Of a stretch of DNA of 64,000 nucleotides, positions 11,331-23,559 are shown piece after piece (position 1 is the stretch's first letter; the number at the start of each line of letters is the position of its first letter). A program made the translations under genes and the position numbers. The notes beneath the pieces are model-generated. The model did no database searches, was not told the origin of the DNA, and worked only from the letters and a program-made list of their open reading frames with translations. Source of the DNA: Eledone cirrhosa (taxonomy: Eukaryota); NCBI GenBank assembly GCA_964016885.1, contig OZ024742.1, forward strand, positions 291,772,001 through 291,836,000, read 5' to 3'.

Positions 11331-11551
11331 CCCTTTAGTATTTACATAACTCTATATATACTATTGTATTTTTGTAGTAAATGCTTTATCTTACATAATT
11401 ATCTCACATAATATCGAATCTACGAGGTTTTGATGTTATTTATTTTGAGGACAATACCTTAACATCAGTATTAACAGTCAGTTATGGCCAGTTTAGACAG
11501 AAAAAGTTGAGAGAATTCTGGCCGGATATGGCCGGTTTAAATGCTAAGGGG
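11331..11551 (-). mobile_element. MITE family B, TTAA TSD (piggyBac-like)
   Basis: TTAA|CCCTTTAGTATTTA ... TAAATGCTAAGGGG|TTAA inverted termini. Strand is relative to the copy at 11818. Confidence 0.85.
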
Positions 11552-11589
11552 TTAAGTTGTTGCAATTACAAACTTAATAATGAAATAAT

Positions 11590-11773
11590 TGTTTCTACTT
11601 TAGGCAAAAGGCCAGCAATTACCCAGTGCATTACTGGTACTTTATTTTATCGACCCCGTAGGGATGAAAGGCAAAGTCAACCTCGGTGGGATTTGAACTC
11701 AGATCGTAAAGGGACGTAACTATGCTGGAAAGCATGGCGTCCGACCCTCTACCAATACTGCCAATCCACCGCC
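11590..11773 (-). mobile_element. Full-length tRNA-derived SINE with 17-bp TSD
   Basis: Same family as 755-943. CTTAATAATGAAATAAT at 11573-11589 and 11774-11790. Confidence 0.88.
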
Positions 11774-11817
11774 CTTAATAATGAAATAATAATAATTTTA
11801 GCAAAGTACTTCTTTAA

Positions 11818-12027
11818 CTCTTTAGCATTTAAACCGGCCATATCCGGCCAGAATTGTCTTACCCCTTCTGTTCAAACCAGCGGTTCATACTGACGTTAAG
11901 GTATTGTTCTCAAAATAAATAACATCAAAATCTTGTAAATTCGATATTGTGTGAGATAATTATGTGAGGTAAAGCCTTTACCTCAAAAATACAATAGTAT
12001 ATATCAAGTAATATAAATGTCAAAGGG
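11818..12027 (+). mobile_element. MITE family B, inverted relative to 11331-11551
   Basis: TTAA|CTCTTTAGCATTTAAACCGGCCATATCCGGCCAGAATT ... AATGTCAAAGGG|TTAA. It is the reverse complement of the 11331 copy. Confidence 0.85.
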
Positions 12028-12469
12028 TTAATAAATTCTAAAATAGTGTATTTCACTAGAGATATGGTAACAAAAGAGTTAATGTTCTGGATTGAAAATA
12101 TTATAATACAAGAATACTTTAACACAGTTTGTCATTGTTAGTATTATATTAGTGCTTCAAAATATAATTGATTTATATTTTTCACCTACTAACGATAATT
12201 ATTCTATTTTTAATGTAGACAATAAATTACATTTCTTAGATAACTAAAGAAATTCTGCATTATTATTATTATTATTAATATTCCGAAATTTACTTTGTGA
12301 TAATCCTTCAGTATGGAAATTACTTTGCCATAATCCATCATTAGTGGTTTCTATTATAAAAATATTCACATTTATTCATGTTATTTTACAACAGAAAATG
12401 AATGATAGAAGAATCACATGTTACTCAGACAGACAAATCATATTTGTCATTAGATTAAATTTTATTCCT

Positions 12470-12920
12470 CATCATCATTACCATTTTATGTCTGCTATCC
12501 ATGCTGGCATGGGTTGAAGAGGTCATTATGTCTAGGTCATTTCTTATTTAAAGTTACTGTCCTCCTAGACAGATTAGAGACTAGATATCGTTAGTAGATT
12601 TTTGGCATGGTTTCTACAGCTGGATGTTCTTCCTAAAACCAACCATTTTACATAGTATATAGTGATACAATTTAAAATAACTACACTTAAGAATATATTA
12701 ATTTAAAGTATATATATACATAATACACAGTAATATGCACCCAGTGCACTCTGTAAAATGTTAGTGTTGGTGCCATGATAAAATGCTCTCAGTACACTAT
12801 GTCAAGTGGTTGGCATTAGGAGAGGCATTCATCCATAGAAACGATGCCAAATATGGTAATATCTGAAAGATATGGTTCTCCTACATATCATGAACCATCC
12901 AACCCATAAAATGATGATGA
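12470..12920. mobile_element. Two diverged RTE-related SINE copies in opposite orientation
   Basis: The minus copy has CATCATCATT...CCATGCTGGCATGGG and GCTGGATGTTCTTCCTAA. The plus copy has GCACCCAGT...GTGGTTGGCATTAGGAGAGGCATT...AATGATGATGAT. Confidence 0.6.
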
Positions 12921-14040
12921 TACACCATATGTACTCGAATATAAGCTGATCTATATGTAAACCAACCCCCTATTTTATGGCTGAAAATGGGCAAAAATCC
13001 AAACCCTGTGTATAAGCCGAGGTAGCTAATCAATATATTATGTTTAGATGTCATGGTTTTGAAATGAAGTTTTAATATTGATATTTAAAATGTTTTCAGT
13101 ATTGTTAAGAATATAGTTTTTGTTTCACAACACCAATACATAATTATTTTTACCATTTCATCTGTTTTGTAAAGTTTCAACAAGTTTTTCGAATTTTTGT
13201 TTACCTCCAGCTACTCAAATGTTGGGAGTACTTTGTTTCCTTCTTTTTAGCAGATATTTAATTTAATACACACATAGAATGAAATGCATACCTAAAAAAA
13301 CTAAGAAACAACTTAATGTCATACAAGTAACTAGATTTTTACAATTACACATCTCGTGCAAGTATGCCTCAGCACTAAGTTAACTAAAAATTCAATATTC
13401 AACACTGGTGTAATTTTGAAAAAAAAAGATCATTAGTTCATTAGTATACTCAGCTGGATTTTTTTAAAAAACCATGTAAGCTAGTTAAATTTTTTAAATC
13501 AGCCAGATTATTACTCGAAAATCACTAAAATTACCCTATAGAGATATATTTTGAGTATAAAAAATTATTTAAAACGAAAAAAAATTTCTTTAACCATTAT
13601 GGAGATCATGAAAAACACTAGTGGGGTGATTGAAACTATGTGCAAGGAGACATAATGAATAGGGAATAGTTGCAAAAAGAGATCAACTTAGAGAACATAG
13701 TATAATGATTCAGAGTAGGAGAGGGAGAGAGAGGAGAGGCAGAGTGAGAGAAAGAAAAGGCAAGAGCGAGAGAAGGAAGGGAGAATGAGAGCAATAAAAT
13801 ACAAGAGAAGTAAGATTGGAAGAAAAGGTATAATTAAGTCAGAGACAAACAGTCAGTGCACGTGTGCATGCATGTATGTGTAGGGGATATTTATGTATTA
13901 AAATATTCAAACTATAACGAATTGTTGGGCATGTTCTCAAGGGAATGCATAAATAACATCTACGACAAAGTTAATGTAGAGAAACAGTGTTTCACTGTAA
14001 AATAATTAATCTCAAATATAAGCCAACCCCCATTTTGGCA
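12921..14040. mobile_element. Tc1/mariner (pogo/Tc2-like) remnant
   Basis: Terminus TACACCATATGTACTCGAATATAAGCTGA with recurring TATAAGCCG/TATAAGCC motifs at ~13011 and ~14017. No transposase seen. Confidence 0.4.
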
Positions 14041-14658
14041 TTTGCTTTTTTTTTTGTCACATATCGAAAACAACTACAACTAATTTGAAATATAAAGTTA
14101 TATCTTGAACCTCAAATTCAAACCTGTTTCTTTTGATTGATTCTATCAAACTAATTTTGGTGTTTTTTAAATGTAATTAATTTGTATAAATTTAAAATAA
14201 TTTGTCAACAGTAGAGACACTGTTGGGTAGAAAGGATTCTTCACCTTTATTGAGGACATGACAGTCTCCCTAATGCTTATGACATGATAAAATGCACCCA
14301 ATAAAGTATGTAAAGTGATTGATAATCAAACAATGGCAACATAACAGAGAAGACTCTTTTGTCTTGTTGAAGACATAACATTCTCTCTAGTGTTGGTGCT
14401 GTGATAAAATATACCCAGTACACTCTGTAAAGTGATTGTGTTAAGAAGGGCATGTGGCTATAGCAACCATGCCAAAAATTGAACTGTACAAATGTGACAA
14501 TGTACCTTGACCCATCTATGAGAGCAGTAACTGTGAATAAGAACTGAGCCTGACCCTAATAATTTGTCCAAACAATGCCAGAAAGGAAAATAGTAATGCA
14601 AAATGTATTTGGTTGTATCAGTTTGAAAACTTTATACCCAAATTCAGATCGATATATG

Positions 14659-14941
14659 CTAACATCTGAATTCACATCTGCTCTGAACTGGCATCATCAT
14701 GTCTAGTGGGTGATGGTCTTGTACTCTCAGTTCTTTAATACCAATGAAGTCAAGATTAGCATCAACCTTCAGGCTTGAGACAGCAGACTTTAACTCTGTG
14801 ATAGACTGGCATCCTGTCAAGAAGGGGAAGTCTTGTAACATGCATGAACTTAGAAGTTCTAGCTTAATGCGTGCCTGGAGTTGGGACAGAATTTTAACCG
14901 TTACATATCCTACTTCTTGGATGTACCACGTACAGTCTGAC
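14659..14941 (-). other. Candidate coding exon of an unidentified minus-strand gene
   Basis: Acceptor TTTATATATTCAG|G, then a 93-codon open frame SDCTWYIQEVGYVTVKILSQLQARIKLELLSSCMLQDFPFL...QSRCEFRC*. Unique, higher-GC island. Confidence 0.35.
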
Positions 14942-16620
14942 CTGAATATATAAAGACCCTTCATTGCCAAAAACAGACTGCGGTTTGTTAGACTTCTTTA
15001 ACTCTAATCAATGTGTACATATTTCACCAAATGAATTCTTTAAATTATAAACTCATCAACGATTTACAAATATTGATGGCTTAAAAGTGTATTTCACCAT
15101 TAAATATATTGTTCACAATTCAATAAAAATACAATTATTTTCTGATAGCAAAACATTTTGAATTTCCATAGCTTCTGGCAAAATATATTCAATGAAAACA
15201 CAGTTGATTATATATCTATATCTTATGAAAAATAAAATAAAATAAAATAAAATCTATTCAAATCTTTTTCTCATGTTATCAGAAAGTTTCAGAGAAAATC
15301 TTGAAGAACAAAAGATGGAACTGAATCTAAACAGAACTCTAGCTGAAAAAACAAATTTTTATTTTTTAAAGAACTGAAATGCAGAAAATTTTGGTAAAAA
15401 GCCAAACTGACATCTGCAGACATCACTAGTCTAGCATTGGCTCATATATTAAAAGATAGAGAAAGCCTACTACAGTATTGTAGGGAGAGATAGAGAAAAC
15501 CTATAATATTGTAGGGAGAGATAGAGAAAGCAACATAATGTGGAGGGGGGGTGGGCAAGGGAAGCTAGAGAGAGAAACCTTATAGAGAACCATGGAGTAT
15601 TGTATTGCTGTTTCATTAATTTATATCTTGGAAATTACCCAAGAAAAGGTTTCTAGATAACAAAATATTGGAGTACAAACTCATATGAAATAAAACTTTA
15701 TAATTCAATTATCAGTTTTACAACTGAATAAGCAAAGTGTGTGTGTATGCGTGTGTGTGCGCGTGCATCATATCATCATCATCATTTAATGGTCATTTTT
15801 TCTGCTACCAAGGGTAGAATGGGCTGTCACAAACCAAGTCAGCACTTAATTGAAGCTAGTGACAGCTCAGATAGGCTGGGGACCCACATCCTGCTTATAT
15901 ATGTTCCCACATCCCACCAAAGGCCCTGGGTGCATGATATCATAGCACCAACATCGTGGTGGGAGCAGAGATTGTTGGCTATAGGATCCACTGAAGGGCT
16001 CCCTCTACACTAGGATGGAAATAGGATAGGGGGAGGTAAGAAGGATGATAAGTATATCATGGATGAGTGACAAGTTCATTGTCATGGTTTGTGTGACATC
16101 TGTGTAGAGTCCAAGGTGTTATATGTGGAGTGGTGAGGGGAAGAGGATGGAGTCAGGAGAGGAGTGTACTAGCATGCCCATAAAAGGAATCAGATGTAGT
16201 TTTGTAACTATCCTGTCAACATTTTTCCAGTGACAAGAAGCTGGATTTAAACTAAGAATACACAGGCCCGGAACAGATACAAAGTATCTTGTCCAACACT
16301 AACAATTCAACCCATCTACTACTGGAGACTGGCACTAACCCTGGGAAAATGGCGTGAACTCTTTTGTGACCATATTTCAATTAATTAATAAAGAATTTTG
16401 AAGGATTTACTAGAATTTCAATACTGGGATAGGAACTTCAAATATGGTTTTTATAGAAAATTATGTTGGGAAACTTTAATTTAAATAGGAAGATTTAAAA
16501 TGGGTGATTTTGTTTAATAGAACAAGAGATGATTTTAGCTAGATTGGTGTCAGAGTTAAAACATTAAACACACAGAAACCAATAAGTAAAAGACTAAGAG
16601 AAGAAAATAAGAAGACTAAC

Positions 16621-16818
16621 AAATTCCGGCCGACTGATTCTACACTTGTCGGTGTTGATACCGCTTCTAACCTGACTGCACATGTCAATTCTTTTCATGA
16701 AGATTATAAACAGAAGTGAGAATATGCACTCTCGTCAGAGACTGACACCCACATTGAATAGTTTCAACTTTACACCATTTATTGTAACACAAATACTACG
16801 TACATGCAATTAGAACGT
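16621..16818 (-). other. Candidate exon (UTR/noncoding or disrupted)
   Basis: Strong acceptor CTCTTTTTTTTCAG and donor TTT|GTTAGT, 198 nt. All three frames contain stops. Confidence 0.35.
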
Positions 16819-17426
16819 CTGAAAAAAAAGAGTCAATAGACAGATTTTATGAGCAAAGGCAACTGATATGGAAATCCAGTGCTAGACTATGAGCAAGATG
16901 GCTGGTTAACATCCATCAGCTAGGTTGAAAAATAAAAATTAAAAGAAAAATATGAAGAAATAATATTGGCTTAGAAGGAATTAAGTAATACGATTGTAGA
17001 ATTAAATGTTCTTCTGAGAGAGGAGAATGGTTGAGAGGCAGACAAGATTTTATAAGTATGGAAACAAGAAATCTACATAATAATACTTTGGTCTAATCTA
17101 TGTTTGCCTTCTCTTCTCTACACATTTTACAATGAAGTCTTTAACAATACTATATCACCAACAATGACTATTGACTATTGCACAGAAAGAAATCTAATAT
17201 ATATATTTATATATATATATATATATATATACTCACACACACACATATATTTATACATACATATATGTATACATACATATATTTATATTAAATGTAATAC
17301 TATAATACATGTGTAGTAGTAATAGTAGACATTGATTGGTATCAATATATCATCATCCTTTTGACATGCTTTTCCAAGATTGCATAGGTTATGTGCATGT
17401 ATATATACATATACATGTATTGTATG

Positions 17427-17463
<37 letters not shown>

Positions 17464-18628
17464 CTAGTTGATATATATATATATGAATAGACACACATGT
17501 ATGAATACACATACACCTATATATACATATATAATATTCTAAGATGTGTAGTATAAGTAGTAACAATTGATTGGTATAAATATCAATATATATAGTCGAG
17601 AGACATAACAGAAGTAATTCTGACTTTCATAGTTTTTGGTTGTTTTTTTTTCCCCTTCTCTTCAGATGTTTCAGTGGAAAGGAACATTACCAGTGGCATA
17701 TATACTACTAATGGTATGTATGTCTATGGCTGTGCATGTCATCATTGAATGTTTTTCCCTGTTACCGACCTCTGATAGGCTGGGTAAGGTACATTTAAGG
17801 GCATCTTGCTTACATAAGTTCCTTCACTCTACAAACTGCACTGGGTAGATTTGATCAAGGCATTACCACTAGAAAGAAAGGTTGTTGTCTTTGACCCAAC
17901 TGAAGATCATTTGTTTGGCAAGTTTTCTATGGCTGGATATCCTTTCTATCATCAACTGCTTTTAGAGAGTGTACTGGGTGCATTTTATCAGGGTACCAAC
18001 TAACACACCCACACACATACACAATCTAGGAGAGCAGTTACTCTGAATAAAAACTGATACAGAGAGGACTCTTAAATGCTGACCGACGACATCTCTAGTG
18101 CTGCAGCCACAATAAAATGCATGAAACACTCTCTAAGTGGCAGGAGATAGGAAGGGCATCTATAAACATATAGTATATTAACATGATTGAGAGCTACACA
18201 CAAATATATATTTTTGTTTCTCTTATGGGAAGTTAGACATTAAAATAAACCTGTCAGGGCTATGTAGCAGTAAGAAAAACACAAAGCAGTCAAATTATGT
18301 ATGGAGAAGTGAATATGTGAATATGTGAAGAGAGCTTATTTTGGATGTAACAAAAGAATGCTAATAGAATAGGAATGTGGTTTTTCTTGTTTGTTTTTAA
18401 GTAGGTTTCTAGGTTCTATCTTCCTTAGGTTACTGAGTTTTTTTCTTGGCCAGTTAATGATGGAACTTGGTCTATTTGCTAAATAGTGTGATTGACAGCT
18501 TGATATTTGCAAAGTGGTTTTAATAAGAAAAAATAGAATATAAAAGGTATGTGTTGGTACTACAATGAGATGCACCTAGTACACCCTGTAAAGTGGTTGC
18601 TGATAGAAATTCCCAACTTTTCTCGTAA

Positions 18629-18841
18629 CACTTTAGCATTTAAACCGCCTGTATCCGGCCAGAATTCTCTCATCTCTTTCTGTTCAAATCAGCTGTAACT
18701 GGCCACTCATACTGATGTTAAGGTATTGTTCTAAAATAAATAATATCAAAATATCATAGATTCAATATTATATGAGATATTATGTGAGATAAAGCATTTA
18801 TCACAAAAATACAATAGTAAATATGGAGTAATATAAATGTC
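18629..18841 (+). mobile_element. MITE family B, third copy (right end damaged)
   Basis: CTTTAGCATTTAAACCGCCTGTATCCGGCCAGAATT...CATACTGATGTTAAGGTATTGTTCT matches 11818-12027. Confidence 0.8.
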
Positions 18842-19741
18842 TGTGGAATGCTCAATGATTTGTAGGTTAATATCACAAGCAGGCTGTGCCTTTGATTAAG
18901 CAACTGGAACACTCCTTGTTCGAACTGACAGAGGTCCAACAGACATCAAGCAGGTTTTGTGTGAAGGAAAGGAAAATTTAACTTTCTTAGAATCTCTATA
19001 ATCACAGTAATGGAAGTTGAGCTTTTGGTTGCTTTTATTAAAGTTATCTGAATTACTGGAAGGTCACAGCTGTCACAGTCAGAATAACATTAGAAATGTT
19101 GAATGTTTAAACTGTTGTCATAATATTGGAAAAACTAAATCAAAACAAACAGATGCTTTCATAAATATGCATGGTCACAATAGAAAACATAATTAAAGAC
19201 TTAAGTGTAGCTAGGTACGTGGAAAAATATTAACAGAAACAGTTAATTGTAATACTGTAGTAGTTGATGGGATTACACCGTATAACAAACATTTTTTTTT
19301 TCTCTGTTCCTGGCTTGTTCCTTTGTGTTGCTTAAGTCCCAAATAAATAAAAAAAAGTCCTATTAAACAGTTAAAAGTTTGGGTTTGTAAAAATTCTAAG
19401 CTATTCACTAGAATTATTTGTATGCTGGATTTTACGTTGTATGTAAGTTTAATTTGCTTATGTTAAATGATTTTTTTTTTTTATATGTTTCAGGTTAAAT
19501 TAAAATTATAAAATAAAGAGTAATACCTAAAGAAAATTATAAAAGTTCAATAAAGTATAAAATTGTTAAAAAATGGATTAAAGAGATTTATTGATACTGG
19601 ATTTTTGCACCCTGAATAAAGGGTAAGTTGTGTTTTAAGCACAAATTTTCATTAGTATGATTAGTGTTCTTTTATATTATTTAAATATGTATTTCCTTTT
19701 CCAATATTTATTTTGTATTGCATATCAAATTTATTTTCCAA

Positions 19742-21003
19742 GACAAGTATTCTGATGAAGAGGAGGAGATGGGTGCTGAGGACTTGGATTACCTGCCTGA
19801 GGTACCAGAAAAAGTTCCTCACTTCCCAAACCCAAAAGAAGTCAATGACTTGGTCAGGGATATGGGTCTGACCAAGTCCAATGCAGAGCTACTCATCTCC
19901 AGGATGAAGCAATGGAACTTGGTCAAGGAGGAAGTGCAGGTGACAAGTCAGAGAAGTCGACACAAACCTTTCTCAGGCTTTTACACTCTTAGGGATGGCC
20001 TCTGCTTCTGCCGTGACATACCTGGACTGTTTGACGTTATTGGGGTGCTGTTTGTGCTTAAGGAGTGGCGGCTATTTATAGACAGCTCCACCACAAGTTT
20101 GAAGGCTGTCCTCCTCCACAATGGAAACAAGTTCCCAACACTGCCTCTAGCTCATTCAGTCTGCCTGAAGGAAGGTTACTACAGTATGAAAGTCCTCTTG
20201 GAAGCTCTGCAATACAACCAGTACAATTGGGAAATCATTGGAGACTTCAAGATGGTGGCTTTCCTGCTTGGACTCCAAGGAGGCTTTATCAAATTCAAAT
20301 GCTTCCTCTGCCTTTGGGACAGCAAAGCCACCTCTGACCACTACAAAAGAACTGGGAGCAGCGAACAGAATTTGTAGTTGGGACCCGGAACGTCATGTGG
20401 GAGCCACTATTTGATCCCAGGTTTGTGCTCATGCCGCCACTGCACATTAAGTTGGGGTTGATGAAGCAGTTTGTGAAGGCTCTCAACCAAGAATCAGCCG
20501 CTTTTAAGTACGTTCTTGAGTTCTCCCCCAAGTTATCTCAGGCCAAAATCAAAGGTGGAATTTTTGTTGGACCTTAGATAAAGAAGGTGTTTGAGTCTAC
20601 CGAGTTCTCCAATAAGGTCAATAGGATTGAGATAACAGCATGGAACTGTTTCAAGGCAGTTGTTAAGGGCTTCCTGGGCAACTACAGAGCTGAAAACTAC
20701 CAGCAACTGGTGCAGGATCTGATAAAGGCTTTTGGCGCCATGGGATGCAGGATGTCGCTTAAACTCCATATGCTGGACGCTCACTTGGAAAAGTTCAGGG
20801 ACAATATGGGCGCCTACTCAGAAGAACAAGGCGAACGATTCCACCAAGATGTGAAAGAGATAGAGCGGAGGTACCAGGGCCACTACAATGAAAAAATGAT
20901 GAAGGACTATATCTGGGGGCTGATGGAGGACTATATCTGGGGGCTAGTGCAGGAATGCGACCTGGACTACAACTGCAAATCCAGGAAATCCAGTCATTTC
21001 TGA
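19742..21003 (+). pseudogene. Chapaev3-type transposase pseudogene
   Basis: Motifs WRLFIDSS..SLKAVLLHNGN, GDFKMV..LLGLQGG..KF.CFLCLWDS, LHIKLGLMKQFVKAL, KIKGGIFVGP, MSLKLHML..HL, SEEQGERFHQD. Frameshift at ~20350 and TAG at 20576-20578. The N-terminal Zn-finger region is not seen. Confidence 0.85.
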
Positions 21004-21109
21004 CGTGTATAAGTTGCTTTATAAGTGTTATTTGTTTTTACTTGTTTGCTTTTGATAAGCTTGTGTAATAAAATAAATATATACTCTGTGGATTTAATTA
21101 TATGAACTG

Positions 21110-21700
21110 ATAACGCATCATGTTGGTATGGTCACATGATGCGCATGAAAGACGACAGCTGTATAAAAAAGTGCAGGGCGTTCAAAATAGACGGTAGCCA
21201 CGGAGTAAGCAGACCCAGAAAAACCTGGGATGACTTGATAAATTCCGACCTCTCTCACACACCTCTCCAAGACAATGTTACTGGACTGAGATTTTTGGCG
21301 CTACGCAGTAATACAGAAGACCCGCCTTGCCTAAGTACAAAGCAAAACCTATAGTCAGTAGGCACCTCTAACAAAAATACACCCCCGTTCCACCACCCCA
21401 CCCCTTTCGATGTAAAGTTACGTTGGTACCACAACATCCAGTCCGAAATAAATGAGGTCGTGTAGGTGTCACGAAAAAGAAAAACACACAGTCCACGCTG
21501 TAATGTGGCCGTGTAGGTAACACGGTAAAAACCTCCCAGTCCACACTGTAAATGTGGTTGGTGTTAGGAAGGGCATCCAGCCGTAGAAAACCCGCCAGAC
21601 AGTCCTATACGAGCAAGACAACCAATCTTGCCTCAAGTGGGAAAATTCCTGTCCAAACCCATGCTAGCGTGGAAGATGGACGTTAAACGATGATGATGAT
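21110..21700 (+). mobile_element. RTE LINE 3' fragment / RTE-related SINE nested in the Chapaev3 element
   Basis: WYGHMMRMKDDSCIKKC...RPRKTWDDLI is homologous to the end of the 6457-9525 ORF. It is followed by TTAGGAAGGGCATCCAGCCGTAGAAA and the tail GGACGTTAAACGATGATGATGAT. Confidence 0.8.
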
Positions 21701-22349
21701 AATAAATTTTTTAAAAATGTGTTTTTTCTTGAAAATATGAAAATTTCGAAATATCAAACTCCTGACCACAAGCCCAAACTTCTGATTAAATAATAGTGTT
21801 TTTTTTTTATAATAATGGGATATAACAAACCATGAAATGACACTTAGAACCGGGGAACAAAAAATATGTTACACAGTGTTATTATAGCACGGTAGTGATG
21901 GAGAAATTATAGTATGGTAGTCAGTTCAATTTCCAATTGTATGGCAATATTTTATTGACTTTTGTGTTGGCTTATCATCACCATTTAATGTCTTATTTTT
22001 CATGCTTGCATGGGTTAGACAGGTTGCCCATGTTATGACGCCAGTTGGCTGCACCGTACCTTGCTCAAATAGAACTGTATTTTGGTCAGTTTTAAAGCTG
22101 GATGCCTTTCCTAACACCAACCACCTATAGTGTGGAACTTGGTGGTCCCGTTATGAGGAGGTTATATATACACATAATACACAAACACAGATATATGTAT
22201 ACATTTATGAATGTTTATGCAATAGATAGTTTACAGTATCTTAGGTGTTACCTTAAATTTAAACAATTTTTATATTATCCATTCTACAAACTGAACAAAG
22301 CCCCAAATTATATTCACAAACTAGTCAACCAAACTAGAAATATTAACAA

Positions 22350-23130
22350 TCATCTAACTTAATTCTGTCATGAGTTACTTATGCTATAACCTTTTCAGTA
22401 ACCTTCATAAGCTGGTCCATTAACTTGATACCTTTGTAGTCACTTCTCTTTAGTGTATCTCATTTGCCTTTGTAACAGATTATGATGTTACTTGCTGCAC
22501 TAGTCATTTGGTATGACACCATCCTGTATTACTTGATTAGTTATGCATTGGACTAGCTTGCAACCTGCTAGAGGTTTTAACATCCCAGCAACTACATCAC
22601 ATGGTTCAGCTGCCTTCCCTATTTCTATCTCCTTACTTGCTTTATTTACACTAATTTCAACTTTTATAGCCGATTCCTAGGTTGAATTTACAGGGGGTAG
22701 ATCGTCACTCTCCAAATAATTCTGTTCATTCATCAGCCTCTTATAATATGACCTGCATGCTGCTTTCTTTTCAGCATAAATCAGGGCAAATGCTCGACTA
22801 TCATTTTGGACAAACTTTTCTCCAATGTTTCAACTTTCTTTGGCACTTTATCTTAGGTGTGTCAAAGCTGACCTTTTGAATTTCTGGTGTGTTAGATCTT
22901 TGACAGTTCTGACAAGTATTCCAGCTGTTTAATCAAAGGAGAAGCATATTCATGAAATAAACAAGCAAATGGCTGAGCATTCTATATACAGCGTGACAGT
23001 GTGTGACAAGACTGGCTCTTTGTAACATACGTACAACAAATTTTTGCCACTTGAGTTGATTGGGACAATGTAAAATAAAGTGTGATATACTGCCGGAAAT
23101 CAACCACATGACCTTATGAGATGAACATCT
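22350..23130 (-). pseudogene. Old internal RTE LINE fragment
   Basis: Reverse strand reads GKAAEPCDVVAGML...CYKGK*DTLKRSDYKGIKLMDQLMKVTEKVIA, paralogous to ~7890-8165 of the young RTE. Confidence 0.8.
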
Positions 23131-23224
23131 TAAACAGGAAGTCATGCACTACTATATAGATTCTAAGAAAGTGAAATTTTTCTTTCCCTTACGTTAACCT
23201 GCTTAATAGTTAGAGAAAAGGTCA

Positions 23225-23310
23225 GATGATGGTGATGATGGTGGTGGTGGTGGTGATGATGGTGGTGGTGGTGATGATGGTGGTGATGTTGGTGATCATG
23301 GTGATGATCT
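23225..23310. repeat. (TGG/TGA)n microsatellite
   Basis: Direct inspection. Confidence 0.9.
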
Positions 23311-23559
23311 CCATCTACAGGATTACTATTCTGTAGATGGAGAAAAATTAACGTGAAATCTAAAGGTTGGTATTTGTTAGCCAGCTTATAATTCAACACC
23401 AATAACAGAAGATGTGTGTGTATCATCATCTTTTAAGGATTGGACAGGTTCTTACTAACTCAATACTTAAGTGGAGCAACTGACTCCCCAGATAGGCTGG
23501 GGGTCCACATGTTGTTTACATAGTCCTATGCTCTACCGAGTGCATTTCATTGTGACACA

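Larger units (their letters stand above)
11213..12078. mobile_element. MITE family A copy hosting two family-B MITEs and a SINE, itself inside or next to another A copy starting at 11020
   Basis: TTAA-CCCTATTGAGAC at 11209 and GGTAACAAAAGAG-TTAA ending at 12082. The first ~110 bp duplicate 11020-11130. Confidence 0.6.
19276..21878 (+). mobile_element. Chapaev3-like (CMC superfamily) DNA transposon with both termini and TTA TSD
   Basis: TTA|CACCGTATAACAAACATTTTT...GTTCC at the left end and GGAACAAAAAATATGTTACACAGTG|TTA at the right end (imperfect TIRs). Internal transposase is present. Confidence 0.85.

Noticed and set aside
16543-16710. Plus-strand frame ending in ...VNSFHEEL* (ER-retention-like)
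   Set aside because: No start codon or convincing plus-strand acceptor, and it begins in a MITE end. It is the antisense of the candidate minus-strand exon.
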